This document shows, in pieces, positions 29,259 through 38,293 of a stretch of DNA of 64,000 nt. The DNA comes from an uncultured Bacteroidales bacterium (GTDB lineage: Bacteria > Bacteroidota > Bacteroidia > Bacteroidales > ML635J-15). Both the position numbers and the translations under genes were made by a program. The stretch is from NCBI GenBank assembly GCA_937982115.1, contig CALJNE010000009.1, positions 24,582 to 88,581 on the forward strand, given 5' to 3'. Each line of letters opens with the position of its first letter. Position 1 is the first letter of the stretch. Below the pieces are notes generated by a model. It searched no databases and had not been told where the DNA came from. It saw only the letters and a program-made list of their open reading frames with translations.

Positions 29259-30314
29259 TTAAGCTTTACCTTTATATGCAAAACCTAAAATATTTCCTGT
29301 AGTAGGTGAACGATGTCCAAACTTATACCATACTAATTTATATGTATTGTCAGTAAATTTAACTGCAAAATATTTAACCTGATAAGCTCTTATTTCATCA
29401 ACATTCAGGTCGTACTGAGTTACAGGAGTTCCATTATTGTAAGCATTTACCAAGTTATCATAGCTTGTAACATTAGCGATATTCACTTCAACAAAACCTG
29501 AGCAATTGGAAGTAGTGGTAATTCTGCCAATGCCTGCATTTGTATAAGTATAAGCCATCCCAATATCATTTGATTGGTATTGACCTACTAATGTACCATT
29601 ATAAGTAGCCCAACTAACTTGTGTAGATAAAGCTAATACTATATCTGCTGACCACGAAGAAGCTAATTTTGTTGTCATAACAACATTAATAGTGGTATCA
29701 TTATTAGGCATGGTTAAAGTTCCTGATACAGTTTCATAACCATTACGAACGACTTCGTAGTTGTATTCTTGTTCCGGTTCGATGTATTCAAAAAGATAAA
29801 CTCCTGCATCATTGGTTTTTGTACCAAGAGTAATAACTGCATCAGTAATATTGTTATTAAAGCCGTCTTTAACAACAAAAGTTACATTGAATGCTTCAAT
29901 AACAAAGAAAGTATAAGTTTTGCTTGCTGTTTGACCTTGTTTGTCTTTTACTATAAATTCATAAACAATTTTAGTAACCCCACCTGTAAAATCACTTAAA
30001 GTGTGGTTCATAATAAAGTTGTAGTCAAAGGTAGTTAGGCCGGCATAACCTGTTGGATCTGCAAGTCTTACTTCAGTAACATCCAGACCTTGGTGAATGT
30101 TTTTCCAGATTTGAATTTCATCAATTCCTGCTTCTGCTGTAAAAGTAATGTTTAAGTCAAGGTTCCAATTTGAATCGTCATCAAAACTGATGATACGAGA
30201 TACTGAACCTGTCCAGCTAATTGTAGGTTCTGCATATTCTTTTTTACAGCTGTTAAAAATCACAGCTCCAAAAGCTATTGCCAATAAGGCAAAATAAATT
30301 CTCATTTTTTTCAT
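29259..30314 (-). CDS. Hypothetical lipoprotein with carboxypeptidase-regulatory-like beta-sandwich segment
   Basis: Lipobox AVIFNSC. The central segment FNVTFVVKDG..ITDAVITLG..TNDAGVYLF resembles CarboxypepD_reg-type domains. Confidence 0.5.
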   Translation of the reverse strand: MKKMRIYFALLAIAFGAVIFNSCKKEYAEPTISWTGSVSRIISFDDDSNWNLDLNITFTAEAGIDEIQIWKNIHQGLDVTEVRLADPTGYAGLTTFDYNFIMNHTLSDFTGGVTKIVYEFIVKDKQGQTASKTYTFFVIEAFNVTFVVKDGFNNNITDAVITLGTKTNDAGVYLFEYIEPEQEYNYEVVRNGYETVSGTLTMPNNDTTINVVMTTKLASSWSADIVLALSTQVSWATYNGTLVGQYQSNDIGMAYTYTNAGIGRITTTSNCSGFVEVNIANVTSYDNLVNAYNNGTPVTQYDLNVDEIRAYQVKYFAVKFTDNTYKLVWYKFGHRSPTTGNILGFAYKGKA

Positions 30315-30403
30315 AGTTCTAAAAATTTAGTTAATAATTATTTTCTACAAATTTAATATTTTTATCTGATACAAACATTTTTTTTGCAAAAAAGTTTACG
30401 ATA

Positions 30404-33331
30404 TTAATAATTAAAAATTTCTTCAAGCGTTAATTCCTTGACTTCGCCATATTTTTTCAACAGTTCGAAATCTATTTTTTCCTTGTTGCCAAGGATTAAA
30501 ATATCATAATTTTTACCTTTAACATGCCTGTCAAAGAACGTTTTTACATCATTTAATTTGTATTTTTTCACTTTTTCGTAAACCTCGCTGCGATAATCAA
30601 AATTTATACCACGTTTAAGATTAGATTCATAATTCCAGAAAATATCATCCTTAATTATTCTTTCAGTTTCGATTTGTTTTAAAACGGATTCCCTTGCAAT
30701 TTCAAATGATTTTTCCGACAAAGCCAATTCATTCAAAAGATTTGTCAGAGCGTCGAGAGCTTCTTTCATTTTATCGGGTTGAGTACTTAAAAATCCGGTT
30801 ACAAAATTTGGTTTATTCTTTTCTACTGCCAATCTGTATCTGACATTTGCAGAATAAGCAAGGCTTTTTGCTTCACGAATTTCCTGAAATACTACACTCG
30901 ACATTGATCCTCCGTAATATTCGTTAAACATTGTAGCAGGAGCAATTTGTGAAGCGTCAAAAACTACGTCTTTACTAACAACGGCTATCATAGCCTGAAC
31001 CATATCATAATTTACAAACAAAATCTGCGGTTTAGTATAATCTTTTTCTTTAAATTCAACACTTGCAGGTATTGGCTGTAAATTTTTCGGAGTTTTATGA
31101 TACTTCTTCAAAACGCTATTTACATTTTTCAATTCACGAGGACCGTAGTAAAACAATTTATGTTCATAACCCGGAAGATTATTAATTAGTGAAGTAAGCT
31201 CTTCGGGTTTTATTTCTCTCAATTCTGACTCTGACAAAATGTCGGTAAATGGTGATTTTTCTCCATAAACAGAATAATTATACATTGCTCCCCATAAAAT
31301 TCTGTTTTTATTTAGTTTGTCATCTTTTCTTTGTTTAAGAATAGAATTAACATATTCGTTATAAACTTCTGCATCAGGTTTTATGTTTTTGAAAATATCT
31401 TCAAGGATTCTGACTGCTGCTTCGAAATTCTTGTCTAAACCGCTAACGTAAGCATATACTCTGTCATCGCCGGCAGAAACATTAAAACTTATGCCCAATC
31501 TGAATAATTCCTGCTGTAATTCATCAAGAGTTTTATCTTTTGTACCTAAAAATTTCATGTAATTAACAGCAATGGGTATTTTTTTGTCATGTTTTTTACC
31601 AATATCAAAAATGTAATACAAACTAAAAATCTCATTGGTAGTATTTTTAATATAGTTAACGGGGACTTTACCCAAATTTTGCTTTTGAATTAAAGAATTG
31701 TAATCTACAAAAACAGGTTCAACAGAACCTGGAGTAATATTTCTAAACATCTTCACATAATCAGATTCAGCATTTCTGTTTATGGTTATTGGAGTAATTT
31801 GAGGTTTCTCAATTCTGAATACATCGTTATCAGTTCCTAAACGTTTATAAATAACAACGTAATTATCTTTGAAAAATTCGTTGGCGAATTTCACCAGTTC
31901 GTCTTTTTTGATTTTTTCATATTCATCTATTTCATAAACCCAATCTTCCCAATTTCTGTTCTGAATAAAATTACGAACAAAAGAATAAGCAATGGAATTG
32001 CCTTCTATTGAACGTATGCGATTAAGTTTCATCTCGTTTATAATAGCTTCGATGAGCCAATCTTCAAATTCTCCTTTTTTAATTTTTTCGAGTTCTACAA
32101 ACAAAAGTTTTTCAACATCTTCGAGGCTTTGATCGGCTCTGGGATAACCACCTAACTGGAAAACTCCGTAGTCATTCATCGCCCAGGCTGAAGCATAGGC
32201 TGACATCACTTTTTGTTTTTTTACCAAATTCAAATCAATTAAACCTGCTTTTCCATTGTATAATATGCGAGCAATCAAATATAGCATTTTGGCTTCCTTT
32301 GTCTTTTCGTTTGGCGTTCGCCATGCAATTGTAACATATTCTTGTTCAGGACCATAAACGTCAATCCTGTCAATACTTGATCTTTCTTCTTCAGGTTTAT
32401 ATGTAAATTCAGGAATATTTGGATTTGCTTTCCAATCGCCCCAATATTTATCAATCAATTTAACGGTTTTTTCTGGATCAATATCTCCTGCAAGACAAAT
32501 TGCTATGTTGTTGGGGACATAATATTTACTTTTAAAATTCAGAATATTTTTCATCGAAGGATTTTTGAGGTGTTCGCCTTTACCTATAACACTTACTCCA
32601 TAGGGATGATTTTTAAACAATGTGACCATCATTCGAGAACTCACTTTACGACCGTCTCTATCCTGCCCCATGTTGAATTCTTCAAAGACTGTTTCCAATT
32701 CGGTATGGAATAATCGCAGAACAAGATTTTCGAAACGATCACGTTCCATCATTAACCACCTTTCCATTTCGTTGGAAGGAATTTCATTTACATAAACAGT
32801 TTCCTCATAAGAGGTCCAGGCATTTGTGCCACTTGCTCCGAGCATCGAGCAAATTTTGTCGTACTCGTTTGCAATGGCATATTTTGATGCAATTTGTGAT
32901 ATACTGTCAATTTGACGATAAATTCTATCTTTCTCTGCAAGATCGTCGGTTGCATTTCTTAACTCAAATAAATCAATTATTTGTTCGATATAAACTTTTT
33001 CTTTTTCCCAATCAATCGTACCGAATTTATCGGTTCCTTTAAACATCATGTGTTCAAAATAATGAGCCAGTCCTGTTGTCTCTCTGGGATCATTCTTTGC
33101 TCCTGCTCTTACGGCAATAAGTGTTTGAACTCTTGGCTTATCTTTGTTTACCGAAATGTAAATTTTCAATCCGTTGTCCAAAGTATAAATCCTTGCATTT
33201 GACGGATCGCCTATTACATACTCGTACTTGTAACCATTAGAGTCAACTGCTGTTTTTGTTTTTGACCCTTGAGCTAACAAGAATACATTCACAGAAATGA
33301 ATAAACTCAAAAATAATATCGCTTTTCTCAT
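30404..33331 (-). CDS. M16 family (insulinase/pitrilysin-type) zinc peptidase, double-length
   Basis: 975 aa with a signal peptide and the inverted zinc motif HxxEH (GLAHYFEHMMFKGT). Confidence 0.85.
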   Translation of the reverse strand: MRKAILFLSLFISVNVFLLAQGSKTKTAVDSNGYKYEYVIGDPSNARIYTLDNGLKIYISVNKDKPRVQTLIAVRAGAKNDPRETTGLAHYFEHMMFKGTDKFGTIDWEKEKVYIEQIIDLFELRNATDDLAEKDRIYRQIDSISQIASKYAIANEYDKICSMLGASGTNAWTSYEETVYVNEIPSNEMERWLMMERDRFENLVLRLFHTELETVFEEFNMGQDRDGRKVSSRMMVTLFKNHPYGVSVIGKGEHLKNPSMKNILNFKSKYYVPNNIAICLAGDIDPEKTVKLIDKYWGDWKANPNIPEFTYKPEEERSSIDRIDVYGPEQEYVTIAWRTPNEKTKEAKMLYLIARILYNGKAGLIDLNLVKKQKVMSAYASAWAMNDYGVFQLGGYPRADQSLEDVEKLLFVELEKIKKGEFEDWLIEAIINEMKLNRIRSIEGNSIAYSFVRNFIQNRNWEDWVYEIDEYEKIKKDELVKFANEFFKDNYVVIYKRLGTDNDVFRIEKPQITPITINRNAESDYVKMFRNITPGSVEPVFVDYNSLIQKQNLGKVPVNYIKNTTNEIFSLYYIFDIGKKHDKKIPIAVNYMKFLGTKDKTLDELQQELFRLGISFNVSAGDDRVYAYVSGLDKNFEAAVRILEDIFKNIKPDAEVYNEYVNSILKQRKDDKLNKNRILWGAMYNYSVYGEKSPFTDILSESELREIKPEELTSLINNLPGYEHKLFYYGPRELKNVNSVLKKYHKTPKNLQPIPASVEFKEKDYTKPQILFVNYDMVQAMIAVVSKDVVFDASQIAPATMFNEYYGGSMSSVVFQEIREAKSLAYSANVRYRLAVEKNKPNFVTGFLSTQPDKMKEALDALTNLLNELALSEKSFEIARESVLKQIETERIIKDDIFWNYESNLKRGINFDYRSEVYEKVKKYKLNDVKTFFDRHVKGKNYDILILGNKEKIDFELLKKYGEVKELTLEEIFNY

Positions 33332-33526
33332 AATTTAAAAAATTTGTTTTTGTAAAAGTATAAATTATATCAGATTTAGATTAGTCAGCTTAAAAATTTT
33401 TGTTAAAAAAAACTAAAACAACAAAAATTTATATTCTGTAAAAATTCCACCAGGCATTTGTTTGTAAAAAATTTTTTAAAGCCGCTGTCTTTTTATATTT
33501 TTGAAGCGTAATAAAACTATATTTTC

Positions 33527-34795
33527 ATGAAGGTACTTGTTTTGGGCTCAGGCGGAAGAGAACATGCAATTTCAAAAAAAATTGCAGAAAGTAAACTAGT
33601 TGATAAATTATTTGTTGCACCCGGTAATGCAGGAACATCAATTGATTTTGAAAACATCCCTATTTCAGTAAATGATTTTGAAAAGATAGGAGAATTCATT
33701 TTAAATGAAGGGATTAATCTTCTTGTTATTGGTCCGGAGGATCCTCTTGTTCAAGGCATACGTAATTTTCTGGAAAATGACGACAGGTATAATGATTTAC
33801 TCATAATCGGGCCGGATGCTTATGCCGCACAGCTCGAAGGCAGTAAGGATTTTGCCAAAGAATTCATGCTCAAATACAATATTCCGACAGCAGCATATTT
33901 CAAGGCCGAAAAAAGCAATTATAAAGAAGCCACCAAATTCATGAAAAATCTAAATCCTCCTTATGTTCTTAAAGCTGATGGGCTTGCTGCCGGAAAGGGA
34001 GTTATTATTGAACATAATTACGAAACTGCCTGCAATGAATTGTGGGAAATGCTAAACGGAAAATTTGGCAGGGCCTCTGAAAAAGTTTTAATAGAAGAAT
34101 TTTTAGACGGAATTGAATGTTCTGCTTTTGTTATCACCGACGGAAAAGATTTTGTTCTTTTACCCGAAGCCAAAGACTACAAAAGAATTGGAGAAGACAA
34201 TACCGGACCTAATACCGGAGGAATGGGAGCTGTATCCCCTGTACCTTTCTTTAATGGAGATTTCAGAAACAAAGTATTACAAAAAGTTATTATTCCAACA
34301 GTAGATGGAATAAAAAAAGAAAAAATGAATTACAAAGGCTTCATCTTTTTCGGGCTTATCAATGTTAAAGGAGAACCTTACGTTATTGAGTATAATGTTC
34401 GAATGGGCGACCCCGAAACTGAAGTTGTAATGCCAAGGATAAAATCCGATTTAGTCGAAATTCTAATTGCCGCAGCTAAAGGAAATTTGAAGGATAAAAA
34501 CATAGAAATAGATTCAAAAGTTTGTACTACTATTATTTTAGCATCTAAAGGCTATCCCGGCAGTTATGAAACTAACAAGGAGATTTCTGGATTGGAAAAC
34601 ATTAGCGAGAGCATAGTTTATCATGCCGGGACAAAGTTGGTTCAAGGTAAAATTTTTACATCCGGAGGAAGAGTGCTTGCAATAAGCTCTCTGGGAAAAA
34701 CTATGCAAGAAGCCTTAAAAAAATCCTATACTTCTGTAGAAAAAATAAATTTTGACAATAAATACTACAGAAGAGATATTGGTTTTGATTTATGA
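33527..34795 (+). CDS. purD: Phosphoribosylamine--glycine ligase
   Basis: N-terminus MKVLVLGSGGREHAI and ATP-grasp motifs (VLKADGLAAGKGV, EYNVRMGDPE). Confidence 0.95.
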   Translation: MKVLVLGSGGREHAISKKIAESKLVDKLFVAPGNAGTSIDFENIPISVNDFEKIGEFILNEGINLLVIGPEDPLVQGIRNFLENDDRYNDLLIIGPDAYAAQLEGSKDFAKEFMLKYNIPTAAYFKAEKSNYKEATKFMKNLNPPYVLKADGLAAGKGVIIEHNYETACNELWEMLNGKFGRASEKVLIEEFLDGIECSAFVITDGKDFVLLPEAKDYKRIGEDNTGPNTGGMGAVSPVPFFNGDFRNKVLQKVIIPTVDGIKKEKMNYKGFIFFGLINVKGEPYVIEYNVRMGDPETEVVMPRIKSDLVEILIAAAKGNLKDKNIEIDSKVCTTIILASKGYPGSYETNKEISGLENISESIVYHAGTKLVQGKIFTSGGRVLAISSLGKTMQEALKKSYTSVEKINFDNKYYRRDIGFDL

Positions 34796-34802
34796 TGATT
34801 TT

Positions 34803-35801
34803 ATGTTAAATACATTTAAGACAAACAGTCCGTTTAATTATATTTTAATACTCATAATATTTTTGATTTTTTGGGTATATAAAATTATATATGTTCCAAC
34901 AGATATTGAGTCATATCCAATAATTAGCCCATTATTACCTAATTTCCCAGAATCGTTTTTTTTTAATAGACTTCAAACTTTTTTGGGATTAATTTTATAT
35001 TTCATAATCGCCTTTTTAATAATTAAAACAAACTCGGATTTATTTATTGTAGAAAACGGGTATCAATCTCCCGGAGTAATTTTCGCATTATTAAGCGGTT
35101 ATTACATAAATAATCAAAGAATAACAGGAGTTTTGTTGGGCAGCATGTTTTTATTTTTAACCTTTTCGAGAATTTTCAAGTCTATTAACGATTACAAAGC
35201 TTATGGTAACTTTTTTAATGCAGGGTTATTTTGGGGAGTGGGCATATTGTTTTACCCAAAGCTTATTGTAATGTTTCCCATAATTGCAATTTCAATGTTT
35301 ATGATTCGGTCTGTTTTATGGAGAGAACCACTTTTTTTCTTAACAGGATTTCTGACGCCCATTTTATATTATTTTGCATTTTATTTTTTTAAATTCGATT
35401 ACACACGTGCAGTTTTTGAGGTTAGAGATTTATTTTATAATGCTGTCATTCCGGTTGCAAAAACATATTTAACTTTTCAATATTTGATTTTTGTTCCTCA
35501 ATTAATAATAATATTGATTGCCGTAATTTCCAGATTTACAATAAAAAAATCATCCAAAGTAAGTTCAAGAAGATTTTTAAATGTTATCACACTGATAAGC
35601 ATTTTTATTTTGACATATTTTGTAAGTCATTTAGCAGAATTAGAAGCAGTAATAATAATTTATCCATTCGTTTCAATTTTGTTGTCGTACATGTTTGTAA
35701 ATCTAAAAGAAAAGCCGGCAAAAATTTTTATTGGCATTTTTGTTTTATCAATAATATTCACACATGTTTTACAGATATATTATTATTCGAGAATTTTTTG
35801 A
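34803..35801 (+). CDS. Polytopic membrane protein of unknown function
   Basis: 332 aa from ATG 34803 with about 9 hydrophobic segments. The longer 34752 start would overlap purD. Confidence 0.5.
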   Translation: MLNTFKTNSPFNYILILIIFLIFWVYKIIYVPTDIESYPIISPLLPNFPESFFFNRLQTFLGLILYFIIAFLIIKTNSDLFIVENGYQSPGVIFALLSGYYINNQRITGVLLGSMFLFLTFSRIFKSINDYKAYGNFFNAGLFWGVGILFYPKLIVMFPIIAISMFMIRSVLWREPLFFLTGFLTPILYYFAFYFFKFDYTRAVFEVRDLFYNAVIPVAKTYLTFQYLIFVPQLIIILIAVISRFTIKKSSKVSSRRFLNVITLISIFILTYFVSHLAELEAVIIIYPFVSILLSYMFVNLKEKPAKIFIGIFVLSIIFTHVLQIYYYSRIF

Positions 35802-35821
35802 TTAAATTTTTGAATAATAAA

Positions 35822-35829
35822 TATCTTTG
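35822..35829 (+). promoter_or_regulatory. -7 box TAnnTTTG upstream of flippase gene
   Basis: tatctttg. It contains the TTG (35827) that the track uses as the start codon. Confidence 0.4.
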
Positions 35830-37305
35830 CAAAAAAATAAGGTTTTGAGAAAAAATTTTATAATAAATTTAATTTTCTTATTATTTCTAAATGTTCTGAT
35901 TAAGCCATTCTGGATTTTCGGAGTGGAAAGGTCTGTTCAGAATATTGTCGGGGCTGAAGAGTTTGGGCTATATTTCTCGTTATTTAATTTTTCTTTGCTT
36001 TTAAATATATTGCTGGATTTAGGGATTACCAATTTCAACAATCGCAATATATCTCAAAACCCTTCCTTGCTAACCAAGCATGTTTCTAACATTGTTTCAC
36101 TAAAACTTCTTCTGGCAATATTTTATGCAATTCTCACTCTTAGCATTGCTTTAATTGTAGGATACGACGAGCGGCAGTTCCGGATATTATCGTTGCTGAT
36201 TGTAAATCAATTTTTTCTAAGTTTAATTTTATATTTAAGATCAAATTTAAGCGGTTTGCATCTTTTCAAAACCGACAGTGTTGTTTCTGTACTCGACAGA
36301 TTTTTGATGATTATTTTGTGCAGCATCCTGATTTGGGGAAATGTAACTTCTACGCCTTTTAAAATCGAATGGTTTGTGCTGATTCAAACATTTTCATATC
36401 TACTAACAGCACTTGTTGCATTTATTCTGGTTTTGCGTAAAACAAAATTCTTCAAATTAAATTTTGATTTCAGATTCTTTAGAGTATTTCTATACAAGAG
36501 CTATCCTTATGCATTATTAATCTTGTTAATGGGTTTTTACAACAGAATTGATTCCGTGATGCTCGAAAGACTTCTTCCCGACGGAAAAGAACAAGCCGGA
36601 ATATATGCACAGGCTTATCGTATTCTGGAAGCAGCCTCCATGTATCCGTATCTTTTTTCCATTTTACTTTTGCCAATGTTTGCCAGAATGATTAAGAAAA
36701 AAGAAAATATTTTTCCACTTATAAAATTGTCGTTTTTACTTGTTATAATTCCTGCAATAATTTTATTGAATATATGCATTACTCATGGCGAAGATATTAT
36801 GGATCTTATGTATGTAGAACATGTTGATTCCAGTTCCACAATTTTATATTTATTGATAATTGGATTTTCGGGAATTTCGACAACATATATTTTCGGCACC
36901 TTATTGACTGCGAACGGCAACCTGAAGTATTTAAACATCATGGCAAGCTTTGGTATGCTATTAAACGTGGTACTGAATTTTATTCTAATTCCTAAATACA
37001 ATGTTTTAGGAGCTGCTGTTTCGAGTATGACAACTCAAATTTTCACCGCTTTGTCACAAGTTTTTATTGCTAAAAAAGTTTTTGATATGAAAATTGACTA
37101 TAAACTTTTAGTTTCCTTAATCATTTTTGTTGGCGTAAGTTTTATTATCTCAAAAATACTCAGCCTATACGTCCAGCATTGGATTAAAGAGGCATTTTTA
37201 ACAGGAATATTATGTTTAATTCTTGCATTTGTTACCGGATTATTCAAAATTAATGCTATTTTTGATATTTTAAAAGAAAGAGCAAAAACAGAAACTAAAA
37301 TTTAA
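35827..37305 (+). CDS. MOP-superfamily polysaccharide/oligosaccharide flippase (Wzx-like); start uncertain (TTG 35827 or TTG 35845)
   Basis: About 490 aa and about 12-14 TM segments, with typical Wzx-like topology. There is no in-frame ATG in the first ~160 codons. Confidence 0.7.
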   Translation: MQKNKVLRKNFIINLIFLLFLNVLIKPFWIFGVERSVQNIVGAEEFGLYFSLFNFSLLLNILLDLGITNFNNRNISQNPSLLTKHVSNIVSLKLLLAIFYAILTLSIALIVGYDERQFRILSLLIVNQFFLSLILYLRSNLSGLHLFKTDSVVSVLDRFLMIILCSILIWGNVTSTPFKIEWFVLIQTFSYLLTALVAFILVLRKTKFFKLNFDFRFFRVFLYKSYPYALLILLMGFYNRIDSVMLERLLPDGKEQAGIYAQAYRILEAASMYPYLFSILLLPMFARMIKKKENIFPLIKLSFLLVIIPAIILLNICITHGEDIMDLMYVEHVDSSSTILYLLIIGFSGISTTYIFGTLLTANGNLKYLNIMASFGMLLNVVLNFILIPKYNVLGAAVSSMTTQIFTALSQVFIAKKVFDMKIDYKLLVSLIIFVGVSFIISKILSLYVQHWIKEAFLTGILCLILAFVTGLFKINAIFDILKERAKTETKI

Positions 37306-37324
37306 AAATTTATTATCATCGTTT

Positions 37325-38293
37325 ATGCAGGAGACTCGAAAAAAAACTTTATCTATTGTTATTCCGGTATTTAACGAAGAAAAGAATATTTCTGCATTAC
37401 ATAAATCTTTAATATCAGAGATTTCTAAACTTGAAAATTTTGATTATGAAATAGTATTTGTTAACGATGGCAGCACCGACAACTCATTAGAAGAGATAAA
37501 AATAATTACTCAAGATGATTCTAAGGTAAAATATATTGATTTCAGTCGTAATTTCGGACAGCAAGTAGCTCTTTCGGCAGGAATTGATTATGCAAAAGGA
37601 GATTATATAATTTTAATGGATGCTGATTTTCAGGACCCTCCTGAATTAATTCCCGAACTTGTCGCTCTGTCCGAAGCTGGAAATGATGTTGTTTATGCTA
37701 AAAGAAAAAGCCGTAAGGGCGAATCGTTTCTAAAAAAACTGACGGCTAAAATTTTTTATAGATTTTTAAATCTGATTACAAATTGTAAAATTCCACTTGA
37801 TACAGGTGATTTCAGGATAATTTCCAGAAAAGTTGCCGATATTCTTAAACAAATGCCCGAACAACAAAAGTTTTTACGAGGTCAGATTGCGTGGATTGGA
37901 TTCAGACAAAAAATGATAGAATACGATCGCCCGGTAAGAACAAAAGGCAGAAGCAATTATTCTTACGGAAAAATGATAAGATTTGCTATTGACGGGATAA
38001 CCTCTTTTTCTGATTTTCCGTTGAAATTTGCAACATTTCTGGGATTTTTTGTAAGCATTATTGCTTTTATTCTAATGCTTTGGGCTATTTATCAAAGATT
38101 AATAGCTAAAGAATATGTTCAAGGGTGGACATCTTTGATTCTGAGTGTTCTTTTTATCGGAGGCATACAGCTAATTAGCATTGGTATTATAGGAGAATAT
38201 ATTGGCAGAATTGCCGGAAACATACGAAAAAGGCCATTATACATTGTTAATGAAACAAACTGTGAGGAGAATAAGGATGACGGCAAGAAATAA
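37325..38293 (+). CDS. Family 2 glycosyltransferase, polyprenyl-phosphate sugar synthase type (DPM1/ArnC-like)
   Basis: Motifs LSIVIPVFNEE, VNDGSTD and MDADFQDPPE, plus two C-terminal TM helices. Confidence 0.85.
   Translation: MQETRKKTLSIVIPVFNEEKNISALHKSLISEISKLENFDYEIVFVNDGSTDNSLEEIKIITQDDSKVKYIDFSRNFGQQVALSAGIDYAKGDYIILMDADFQDPPELIPELVALSEAGNDVVYAKRKSRKGESFLKKLTAKIFYRFLNLITNCKIPLDTGDFRIISRKVADILKQMPEQQKFLRGQIAWIGFRQKMIEYDRPVRTKGRSNYSYGKMIRFAIDGITSFSDFPLKFATFLGFFVSIIAFILMLWAIYQRLIAKEYVQGWTSLILSVLFIGGIQLISIGIIGEYIGRIAGNIRKRPLYIVNETNCEENKDDGKK

Noticed and set aside
38202-38276. Longer start choices in the track that overlap upstream genes (38202, 34752, 47554, 5695, 52092, 49072, 63001, 28825-29196)
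   Set aside because: The extensions run through the preceding gene or promoter and use TTG or GTG. Internal ATGs give signal peptides, TM anchors or family-typical N-termini.
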